Assembly (NCBI GenBank): GCA_963845185.1
Contig: CAWJRG010000009.1
Coordinates: 640,001-704,000 of the forward strand
Length of the DNA: 64,000 bases
Origin: an uncultured bacterium
Lineage (GTDB): Bacteria; Oederibacteriota; PGYV01; CAWJRG01
Direction: 5' to 3'
The translations under genes and the position numbers were made by a program. The notes beneath the pieces are model-generated. The model did not search any database. It saw only the letters and a list, made by a program, of their open reading frames with translations, and was not told where the DNA came from. Shown piece after piece: positions 10,920 through 19,728 of the stretch (the first letter of the stretch is position 1; every line of letters begins with the position of its first letter).

Positions 10920-11468
10920 ATGGAGAACACAATGAGCCAGTATGAAAGCCCGGTACGGGAAAAGCAGGAAAAAGCCCTGAAGTTTTTGTTCATTGGTTTC
11001 GCCGCGGTGCCGGTGCTGTATTTTATTATATGCGTGGTTTTGTTGCGCTATAGGTTTAAGCCGATACACCCGGGATTTGCGCCGCTGACTCCAGCAAATT
11101 ACAATATACTCAGGATAGTCCTGGCTGTGATAAGCATTGTCGAAACCCTGTTTGTCCTGAACATCAAGCGCGCGATAGACTCCGGGAACATCTTCGGGTT
11201 TGCCAGAGGATTTTTCAGCCAGTTGACGGAATCAACGGCAGATGACATGTCAACTGCCGCGAATTTTAATATTTCCATATACGCTTTTTGCGTGTCAATC
11301 GCGATATACGGGCTGGTACTTTTCCTGCTGAACGGAATAGCCATTGACGCTTATGCGTTCTTTGTTTTAAGTGAAATTTTATTTTTGATGTTTGTGCCGG
11401 CCAAAGCATATATAAATAAGCTGATTGCCATGAAGGCAGCCAGCCGGCAGCAGGGGATGGGAAGTTGA
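10920..11468 (+). CDS. Hypothetical 4-TM membrane protein
   Basis: Four hydrophobic segments; start may be 10932. Confidence 0.65.
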   Translation: MENTMSQYESPVREKQEKALKFLFIGFAAVPVLYFIICVVLLRYRFKPIHPGFAPLTPANYNILRIVLAVISIVETLFVLNIKRAIDSGNIFGFARGFFSQLTESTADDMSTAANFNISIYAFCVSIAIYGLVLFLLNGIAIDAYAFFVLSEILFLMFVPAKAYINKLIAMKAASRQQGMGS

Positions 11469-11519
11469 TTGGTCCGGCATTCAAGCATTTGAACCCCAAA
11501 TTGAATAAACAGGCATAAT

Positions 11520-12119
11520 ATGAAAAAAATATTACTGGTTCTTCTTGCATTCCTTGCAATGGGTCCCGCAGTATTGGCAATATGGCCGGATTTGCCCGCA
11601 GAAAAAAGTTTCTACTATGGCCTAAGAGCAGGCCTGGATGCCCCTTTAAACACAGACGGCAGCGATGCGTTTTTTACAGCAGGATTATTTGCGGGGCATA
11701 ACATTAACGGCATTCTGGCATTGCAGCTGGAACTTAATTATTTTGGCGTATACGTCACTTATATGGACCTTGTTTTTTCGCCAAGCTATTCCAATCCGAT
11801 TGAACATACGGTATCCAATTATATCCAGGTCCCGCTTTTATTAAAAACACATTTTCTGAAATCAAAAGATTATTCTCCCTATGCGGATATTGGGCCTGCT
11901 TTTGATTCGATATTTTCGGTAAGTTCAAACGCAGGCAATCTGCCGCTCAAGTACACATACATGAGCCTGGGCGGCATAATCGGCCTGGGCATTGATTTTC
12001 CTTACGAAGGGGGAAACGCGGTGGAAGCGGAAATCAGGGCTGACCAGTCCATTGTAAATAATTCCGGCATAACAACACTTCCGGTTTTTCTTTATATAAC
12101 GCTCGGGTATATTTTTTAA
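11520..12119 (+). CDS. Outer-membrane beta-barrel (PorT/OmpA-like barrel) protein
   Basis: Signal peptide; LQLELNY, YIQVPLLLK, PYADIGP; C-terminal GYIF. Confidence 0.75.
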   Translation: MKKILLVLLAFLAMGPAVLAIWPDLPAEKSFYYGLRAGLDAPLNTDGSDAFFTAGLFAGHNINGILALQLELNYFGVYVTYMDLVFSPSYSNPIEHTVSNYIQVPLLLKTHFLKSKDYSPYADIGPAFDSIFSVSSNAGNLPLKYTYMSLGGIIGLGIDFPYEGGNAVEAEIRADQSIVNNSGITTLPVFLYITLGYIF

Positions 12120-12256
12120 AATACTTTACAGTGGGATTTGCTCCTGCCTGCCCCCCGGCCTTATCGCATATCCGGAGCCGTTGCAAAATAACCTTGAATT
12201 AGCCTGCTTATTGGGGTATATTTTATACAGGAATTATGCCTGAAAAAGGAGACGCC

Positions 12257-13396
12257 ATGAAAAAAGCATTGTCAGTTATTGCAGCATTAATTGTTTTTGT
12301 TTTAATATCCGGTTCGTGTTCAAAGAAAAACCCGTCAGCGCCGGCTCCGACGCCGAACGCCACGCAGACAGCAGCCGCAATCGGGACAATGGTTGCGCAG
12401 CAGCAGACAGCGGGTGCGGCAGGATATACCGTTACAGCCACATTTACGCTTACCCCGACGCTGAACGCCACGCAGACAGCAGCGGCAATTTTGACGCTTG
12501 TTGCGCAGCAGCAGACAGCAGGCGCATCAGGATATACCGCGACGCCTACATTTACATCCACGCTTACGCCGAATGCCACGCAGACAGCGGCCGCAATCGC
12601 GACAATAGTTGCGCAGCAGCAGACAGCTGCAGCGGCGCTGTGGACAAAAACCCCGACATTTACGGTGACACCCGGGCCGCCCGCATGCCCGATAAAGACT
12701 CCTGTGCCTCCGTCATACGGACTGCTTATAGACAACTGCGACAGCGGAAATAATACGAACCTGCTCGGCGGGGGATGGTACACCGTAAATGACTGCAGCA
12801 ACGGCGGTAATTCCCGGGTCTGGCCATCTTCATACACCACGGGAGGGTTTTTTGCCATGGATTATCCGGGAATAGGGAACTGCGGTTATGCGGCACACAT
12901 TACAGGGACAGTAAACGGCGCAAGCCAGGGCGGGTACCAGTACGGGTATATCGCCCTGGGCACAGATTCAAACCAAAATGCATGGTCACAATGCATGGGC
13001 GTGGACTGGTCGGCTTATGCAGGCATCCAGTTCTGGGCAAAAACCGGGCCATCGGATTCGGGCTACGGTTACAGGGTAATAATACCCTACTCGGCAGACG
13101 GCGCAAGCAACACAGTAGCAGCAGGCACGGGCAATACATGCATTGACCCGCAGTATGCAGTATCGTGCATATCGCTGGACGCATATTCGGACAACCAGTA
13201 CGTATTTTCGCCTCCGGCAACATGGACTCAATATAAAGTACCTTTCAGCTCTTTTTCCGGGCCGGGCTGGGGCACTACGCCGCCCATTGCAACAGTGCTG
13301 AAAGACGTAAAAAGCGTGGAGTGGCACACTTACAACGAAACGAGTTACCCGTATAATGTTGATTTTTGGCTGGATGAGATAATGCTGTATTATTGA
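12257..13396 (+). CDS. Lipoprotein with 36-aa internal repeats and a CBM11/CIA30-like domain
   Basis: SGSCSKK lipobox-like; NATQTAAAI..VAQQQTA three times (about 108-bp period); LIDNCD..GGGWY..ND, GIQFWAK, FWLDEI. Confidence 0.75.
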   Translation: MKKALSVIAALIVFVLISGSCSKKNPSAPAPTPNATQTAAAIGTMVAQQQTAGAAGYTVTATFTLTPTLNATQTAAAILTLVAQQQTAGASGYTATPTFTSTLTPNATQTAAAIATIVAQQQTAAAALWTKTPTFTVTPGPPACPIKTPVPPSYGLLIDNCDSGNNTNLLGGGWYTVNDCSNGGNSRVWPSSYTTGGFFAMDYPGIGNCGYAAHITGTVNGASQGGYQYGYIALGTDSNQNAWSQCMGVDWSAYAGIQFWAKTGPSDSGYGYRVIIPYSADGASNTVAAGTGNTCIDPQYAVSCISLDAYSDNQYVFSPPATWTQYKVPFSSFSGPGWGTTPPIATVLKDVKSVEWHTYNETSYPYNVDFWLDEIMLYY

Positions 13397-13424
13397 TGAA
13401 TTGAATGTTGGATTATAAATATGG

Positions 13425-13454
13425 GCCCGGGGCGAAAGCTCCGGGCTTTTTTTT
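13425..13454 (+). terminator. Intrinsic terminator
   Basis: GCCCGGGGC-GAAA-GCTCCGGGC followed by T8. Confidence 0.9.
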
Positions 13455-13653
13455 ATGCGGAGGGATTTTTGATTTTGTAATGGAATGCCGGCCATAAACT
13501 ATTTGCTGTTGCTCAAGTCTTTAGTCATGTACCGGGCTATGTACCGGAACAAAGTGATTGGTTCAGGGGACTGGCACAGGTATGCCGGATTACTGAATGG
13601 ATATTGTTATTATTAGTGTGTAATTTCAATTCTATTATAATTAGAAAGAGAAA

Positions 13654-13751
13654 CCCCTCTCCCTTGACGGGAGAGGGACAGGGTGAGGGTGGAAATTTTT
13701 ACGGTTTCTACGCTCCCCTCACTCTGACTCTCTCCCGCAAGGGGAGAGAGG
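13654..13751. repeat. REP-like inverted doublet (CCCTCTCCC..GGGAGAGGG..GGGTGAGGG family)
   Basis: CCCTCTCCCTTGACGGGAGAGGGACAGGGTGAGGG and an inverted copy CCCTCACTCTGACTCTCTCCCGCAAGGGGAGAGAG. Confidence 0.75.
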
Positions 13752-13954
13752 TTATTTATTTTTGAAATTACACACTTTTTTATACACCATCCTGAATGGA
13801 TACTTCTTGATTTTTCACCTGTTTGGGCGCATACTTATGTGTATAAACATTAAGATATTTGGTATTTTGCATTTGGGATTTGGTATTCGAATGCAAATGC
13901 AAAATTCCAAATGCCAAATGACTGAATGGATTTTAATTGAAAATTGAAAAAATA

Positions 13955-14116
13955 ATACCGCTTGTCCTTGGCTAAAGCCTCGGACTTGAGCGGCTTGACA
14001 GAGTTTGATTTTGCAAGCGTCAATAGCGAAGCAAAATCGTTACTCTGACATGTCCATGCAAAGCATGGAGTGAAAGATGTTTTGTTTGAGCCTGTTGACG
14101 GCTTGACAAAATAAAC
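13955..14116 (+). repeat. Two-hairpin dispersed element, copy with an internal insertion
   Basis: ATACCGCTTGTCC..GGACTTGAGCGG, about 80-nt insert, then GCCTGTTGACGGCTTGACAAAATAAAC. Confidence 0.75.
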
Positions 14117-14196
14117 TATGGGTAGTTTTTATATGATGATTTAAGGAAACTACCCGTCAAATAGTCCGCTGGACTATTTGACTAAAGGAGGCGGAA

Positions 14197-15324
14197 ATGA
14201 AAAAATTTTTAATCCCGGTATTGATTCTCGCAATGATTTTTATTACAGTTACCTGCGCGAAAAAGAAATCCTCACCGACTGCTCCTGCGCCGACAAATAC
14301 GCAGCAGCCTGCGCCTGTAAATACGGCAACCAATACTATAACCAATATTACGCTGACATTGACAATTACAAATACCTATACAAGTACCTCTTCTTATACG
14401 CCTACTTTTACCGTTACGTCGACGCCGACCGATACAGTGGTCCCTTGCTCCACATGGACACAGGCAATAACCGGCGCAAGTTTTTCCATCAGGCACAGCG
14501 CCACAAGCCTGGCATATAACAATTTAATGTGGGTAATAGGCGGATGGATATGCCCGAATACTACAAACGATGTCTGGTTCTCTTTGGACGGAATAAGCTG
14601 GTATAATGCAACAGCTTCTGCTTCATTTCCCATAAGGCACAACCACAACAGCGTAGTTTATAATAATGCAATGTGGGTTATTGCAGGATGGACTTCCGGC
14701 CCTCCCGCAAGTTATCTTAATGATGTTTGGTATTCCACAGATGGAACAAACTGGTACAGCGCAAATCCAGGCGCGCCTTTTTCGCCAAGGGAATTTTCTT
14801 CAAGTGTTGTATATAACAATTTAATGTGGGTTATAGGCGGATGGGCAAACAACGTTGATTATAACGACGTTTGGTGGTCCGCAGACGGCGTAAACTGGTA
14901 TTCCGCCACAAATAACGCGGAATTTTCACCGCGGCACGGCCATACCACTCTGGCGTATGACAATAAGATGTGGGTAATAGGCGGCCAGCAGGGAAGCAGC
15001 TTCAATAATTGCCTGAATGATGTGTGGTATTCAACAAACGGGATTTCATGGACACAGGCAAGTTCAGGCGGTTTCAGCGCAAGGATGGGGCATTCAAGCG
15101 TGGTTTATGACAACAGCATGTGGGTAATAGGCGGATTAGGCGTTACAGATTATAATGACATTTATTATTCATCGGACGGCGTCAGTTGGACACACATAGT
15201 GCCTTCTTCGGGCTTTCCTACGAGATACTATGCCGGTACCGTAGTCTTTAACAATAAAATCTGGGAAATTGCCGGCATGAACAATAGTGTTGAGTGCCTT
15301 AACGATGTCTGGTCTACACCATAA
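14197..15324 (+). CDS. Lipoprotein with Kelch-like/Asp-box repeats (paralog of 3141)
   Basis: VTCAKKK; Thr-rich linker; six 'MWVIGG..NDVWYS.DG..W' repeats. Confidence 0.85.
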   Translation: MKKFLIPVLILAMIFITVTCAKKKSSPTAPAPTNTQQPAPVNTATNTITNITLTLTITNTYTSTSSYTPTFTVTSTPTDTVVPCSTWTQAITGASFSIRHSATSLAYNNLMWVIGGWICPNTTNDVWFSLDGISWYNATASASFPIRHNHNSVVYNNAMWVIAGWTSGPPASYLNDVWYSTDGTNWYSANPGAPFSPREFSSSVVYNNLMWVIGGWANNVDYNDVWWSADGVNWYSATNNAEFSPRHGHTTLAYDNKMWVIGGQQGSSFNNCLNDVWYSTNGISWTQASSGGFSARMGHSSVVYDNSMWVIGGLGVTDYNDIYYSSDGVSWTHIVPSSGFPTRYYAGTVVFNNKIWEIAGMNNSVECLNDVWSTP

Positions 15325-15421
15325 AATTGTTTTTCGTTGAAAATTGAAAATTATTTGATTGCCGGATTTTGAGGTATGATAATGACTGGGAAAGATGATA
15401 AAACAACAAAAAGGACAGGTT

Positions 15422-16481
15422 ATGAAACCGGAAAAAAATAAAGACATTATCACGCAATCATATAAAAAGGCCATAAAGGATATAAAAAACAAGATACTGC
15501 GGGCGAGGCAAAACGCCGTTGTTTCGGTAAATAAAGAGCTTATATTTTTGTATTGGGAAATAGGGAATATAATACTTCAAAAACAGGAAAACGAAGGATG
15601 GGGCGCGAAAGTAATAGACAGGATGTCCACCGACCTGTCGCGTGAATTTGCCGATATGAAGGGTTTTTCTGTGCGGAACCTTAAATACATGCTCAAGTTC
15701 GCGGAAGAAAACAAGTACCGCGCAATTGTGCAACAGGTTGTTGCACAATTGCCATGGGGAAGCAATATCGTACTTCTGAATAAACTCAACAGCCAGGCCG
15801 ACAGGCTATGGTACGCGAAAAAAGCTATAGAAAACGGCTGGTCAAGAAATGTCCTTGCGCATCAGATAGAGTCCGGACTGTATAAAAGGCAGGTATCCGG
15901 AAGCAAGACGCATAATTTTCGCAAGACACTGCAGGGAACACAGTCCGACCTGGCTCATGAAACCATCAAGGACCCTTATATTTTTGACTTTTTAAATATG
16001 TCCGAACAGGTTTCTGAAAAAGAGCTCGAAACCGGGCTAATAAACCATCTCGCATCATTTTTGCTCGAACTCGGCAAAGGTTTTGCCTATGTCGGCAGGC
16101 AATACCATCTGGAAGCAGGCGGGGAAGATTTTTTATATAGACCTGCTTTTTTATCATCTTGAACTCCGCTGTTATGTTGCGATAGAATTAAAAACTGGAA
16201 AGTTTAAGCCCGAATATGCCGGTAAAATGAATTTTTACCTGACTGCCATAGACAGCCTGCTGAATAAACCCGGAGACAACCAGGCGATAGGCATAATACT
16301 ATGCAAGGACAAAAATAAAGTGATAGCAGAGTACTCGCTGCGCGATATAAAGAAACCGATAGGCATATCGGCGTATAAGACAGCAACAAAGATAAAAAAC
16401 AAACTGCCGGATATTAAAATAATGGAAAAAGAAATGGATAATTATTTACTTAAAGAAGAAGCGGCGAAATACGGGAAATGA
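15422..16481 (+). pseudogene. DUF1016/YhcG-family PD-(D/E)XK protein, one frameshift near 16130
   Basis: LYWEIG, GWGAKVI, KGFSVRNL, IKDPYIFDFL; continues in another frame as YIDLLFYH..IELK..FKPE.AGKMNFY; T6 where T5 restores frame (may be a sequencing error). Confidence 0.85.
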
Positions 16482-16515
16482 ATCCCGGAATGTTTTTTTA
16501 ATTGAAAATTGGAAA

Positions 16516-16611
16516 CTTATAGCGTTTATTTTGTCGAGCCAAAGGCGATAACAAAATATTACGCTATCAAGTACCCGCTCAAGTCTTGAGCTTGCGAAAG
16601 ACAAGAGGTAT
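16516..16611 (-). repeat. Two-hairpin dispersed element, reverse-oriented copy
   Basis: Reverse complement reads ATACCTCTTGTC..GACTTGAGCGGGTAC TTGATAGCGTAATATTTTGT..ACAAAATAAACGCTATAAG. Confidence 0.85.
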
Positions 16612-16684
16612 TGGGAATTATTAAAAGCCAAAGGAAAGTCCTGAGCCCAGCCCTGAGCTTGCCGAAGGGGATGGATTTTGAGGT

Positions 16685-17401
16685 ATGAGGATTATGAATA
16701 AAAATAACGATAACAAGACAAAAAGAGCTGATACAAGAGCCGCTGAAGCATGCAACATCAGCGGGATAGTAAAAGGGAAATCAGGCGATTTTAAAAGCGC
16801 CATCAGGGATTTTAACAAAGCCATAAAATACGACCCCGGATACGCGCCTGCTTACATCAACCGCGGCAACGCGAAATATTATCTTGCTGACTTTAAAGGC
16901 GCCATTGAGGATTGCATGCAGGCAATAGAGCTTGAACCAAGATCCGCGGCTGCTTATAACAACCTCGGCAATGCCAGAGGCGCTTTAGGCGATTGCAAGG
17001 CGGCGATTAAGGATTATGATAAGGCAATGGAACTAAACCCAAAGGACGCGGAATTTTGCTATAACCGGGGCACTGTTAAATATGCTTCAGGTGATTTTAA
17101 AGGCGCTATCGGGGATTGCAACAGGGCAATAGAATTAAATCCGGAATACGCGGATGCTTATAACAACCGGGCCACAGCAAAAGACAGGCTGGGCGACTTC
17201 AAAGGAGCAATTGAGGATTATACCAAAACAATCGGGCTAAAGCCGGAACTGGCCCGTGCTTACAGCAACCGCGGGCTCGTTAAAAATAAACTGGGCGATA
17301 AGCGGGGCGCGATTGAGGATTTAAACATGGCTGTGGAGCTTGGGGATACCGGAGCATATGAAATAATCAAGCAAATTGAGGGGAAATTGGATGGGAAATG
17401 A
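16685..17401 (+). CDS. TPR-repeat protein
   Basis: About six 'AY.NRG..K..LGDFKGAIEDY.KAIEL.P' repeats. Confidence 0.9.
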   Translation: MRIMNKNNDNKTKRADTRAAEACNISGIVKGKSGDFKSAIRDFNKAIKYDPGYAPAYINRGNAKYYLADFKGAIEDCMQAIELEPRSAAAYNNLGNARGALGDCKAAIKDYDKAMELNPKDAEFCYNRGTVKYASGDFKGAIGDCNRAIELNPEYADAYNNRATAKDRLGDFKGAIEDYTKTIGLKPELARAYSNRGLVKNKLGDKRGAIEDLNMAVELGDTGAYEIIKQIEGKLDGK

Positions 17402-17524
17402 ATCCCGGATTGTTTTAATGAATGCGCCGGGAATAATGTGTTTGGTGTTTTGAATCCCCGATACCGAACAGAGAATTTATGTTAAAATAAGTATTGAAAA
17501 TGAAAAAGTGACAGGAGAAAAACA

Positions 17525-18565
17525 TTGAAATCATTTATTAAAAAAGGTAGAGAGTTGTCGATACCGGCAGGCGCGGTATGGCTCATGAACGACATTTCCG
17601 AATTCAAGGGCAAACAGGAGCTTTACGCAAAGCAATCCCCGCAGGTTTTAAAGGCATTGATCGAGCGGGCTTTGATAGAAAGCGCGGAGTCTTCGAACAG
17701 GATAGAGGGAATAACAGTCGAGCATTCGCGCCTTAAACCGCTTGTGCTTCAGAACGCGAAGCCTAAAGACCGGTCAGAAGAGGAAGTTGCGGGATACAGG
17801 AAGGCGCTTGATTACATCCATAAAAATCACGCGTCAATAGAAATAACCCCTGATGTCGTAAAAGAACTTCATGCCATGGCGCAGGCCGGGGCGTGGGACG
17901 CGGGAAAATGGAAGGAAAAAGACAACGACATTATTAAAAAATATCCGGACGGCAGGAGCGAAGTAATATTCAGGCCTGTTTCCGCAAAAGATACGCCGGA
18001 GGCGATGAACAACCTTTGCAGGGCTTACTCTCATTCCGTGGACCAGTTAAAATACCCGCCGCTTTATGCCATATCCTGTCTTATCCTTGATTTCCTGAGC
18101 ATACACCCTTTCAGGGACGGCAACGGCAGGGTGTCGCGACTTCTGACGCTTCTTGCGCTTTATAAATATGGTTTTAACGTCGGCAAATACATAAGCCTCG
18201 AGCGCATTACAGAGGAATCAAAAGAAACATATTATGAAACTTTAAGTAAAAGTTCAGAGGGCTGGCATGAAGCAAAGCATGATGTGGAGCCGTGGCTGTT
18301 TTACTTCCTGGGTACGGTTTTGGCTGCTTACAGGGAATTTGAGCAAAGAGCGGGGAATGTTAAGGCCGCGCGCGGAGCGAAGACAGAGATGATAATAACG
18401 GCCATAAAGGAGTTTCCCGGAAATTTTAAAATAAGCGACATAGAACGCGCCTGCCCGTCTGTGAGCAGGGATATGATACGCACAATTTTAAGAAAATTAC
18501 AGAAAAACAAAGTCATAAAAAGCATGGGAAAGGGCCAATCTGCAGAGTGGAAACGAATAGGGTAA
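17525..18565 (+). CDS. Fic-family protein with C-terminal HTH
   Basis: HPFRDGNGRVSR catalytic motif; SNRIEG inhibitory-type motif; TTG start. Confidence 0.9.
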   Translation: MKSFIKKGRELSIPAGAVWLMNDISEFKGKQELYAKQSPQVLKALIERALIESAESSNRIEGITVEHSRLKPLVLQNAKPKDRSEEEVAGYRKALDYIHKNHASIEITPDVVKELHAMAQAGAWDAGKWKEKDNDIIKKYPDGRSEVIFRPVSAKDTPEAMNNLCRAYSHSVDQLKYPPLYAISCLILDFLSIHPFRDGNGRVSRLLTLLALYKYGFNVGKYISLERITEESKETYYETLSKSSEGWHEAKHDVEPWLFYFLGTVLAAYREFEQRAGNVKAARGAKTEMIITAIKEFPGNFKISDIERACPSVSRDMIRTILRKLQKNKVIKSMGKGQSAEWKRIG

Positions 18566-18832
18566 TAACCGCGTGAATGGGGTAATGAATGGGGTAATAA
18601 CATAAACGTGGTAATAAGTAGCCTGAACATAGTAATAAACGTGGCAATAACAAATAAACGCCTTAAAAATAAAGCAAATAATAGCTAAATAGGTAATATG
18701 TGTTTAATTAGGTATTTAATTAGGTGTTTTGAATCCCAAATCCGAGTTGGGTCAATTAATTGAGATTGACAATTGAGAATTGAAAATTTTTTGAATGCTG
18801 GATTTTGAGGTATAATGATTTAGGAGGAAAAA

Positions 18833-19636
18833 ATGAAAAATTGGCTAGTATTGCATGATATGTCAGCTTTTTCAACTCATCCAGATTATATTGGGAAAGA
18901 AGAAAGACAAGAAGGGAAAATTTCTAAAATTAAAAAGGGAGATAACGTTATTTATTATTGTACAGGTGATATGATAATAACAGGAATTTACAAAGTTGTT
19001 TCGGATTTGCAACATTGGAAAAAAGACCCGTTCTGGGAAGGTGGCCATGTTGTATATAAAATAAAACCGATTATTGAAGCACATGGGCCACAATATATTG
19101 GTTTAAATAACATGTTAAAAGAGATTTCTCTTAATGCATTCCCAAAGGGGAAAGTAGAAGGTATAAAACTTAAAGGCAGGACTGCTATTCCAATATCAAA
19201 GCATGATTTAAAAGCAATAGAAATGTATATAAAAAATTACAAAGGAAAATCAGAAAAATTATTTGCCGGAGTATCAAATGATGAAGGACTTGGGGAACCG
19301 ATGGAACTTGAGGTTATGGGCTATGCACCTACTTCAGAGGCAGGTGTTATTGTGTTGTTTGCTCATTTTTTAAAAAAACTCGGTTTTGAAAGGATTGAGT
19401 TTATTAGGGCTGGATTTCCGGATGCCTGTGTTCTTAAAAAAGTTGGCGAAAAATTTGAAAGAAAATATATTGAATTCGAATTTCAGTCTTCCTCTTTTAG
19501 AATTCATATTAAAAATCCCAAGCATAAGAATATTAAATGCGATTACATAGTATGCTGGGAAAATGATTTTATTAATTGTCCTGTACCTGTTATTGAATTA
19601 AAAACCGAATTGCAAAAATTAAGGATATTGAAATGA
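18833..19636 (+). CDS. EVE/PUA-like domain fused to a PD-(D/E)XK-like nuclease (candidate modification-dependent restriction enzyme)
   Basis: N-terminal 'KIKKGDNVIYY...ITGIYKVVSD'; C-terminal 'FPDA...IEFE..S..F..H...CDYIVCWEND'; AT-rich. Confidence 0.65.
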   Translation: MKNWLVLHDMSAFSTHPDYIGKEERQEGKISKIKKGDNVIYYCTGDMIITGIYKVVSDLQHWKKDPFWEGGHVVYKIKPIIEAHGPQYIGLNNMLKEISLNAFPKGKVEGIKLKGRTAIPISKHDLKAIEMYIKNYKGKSEKLFAGVSNDEGLGEPMELEVMGYAPTSEAGVIVLFAHFLKKLGFERIEFIRAGFPDACVLKKVGEKFERKYIEFEFQSSSFRIHIKNPKHKNIKCDYIVCWENDFINCPVPVIELKTELQKLRILK

Positions 19637-19728
19637 TTATAAAAATTTTTAAAAATCATTTCCAAACGTAAAGGATTTGATGAAAATACATTAATTTGAT
19701 AGAATGTAAACAAAAGTAAAGGAGCTTT

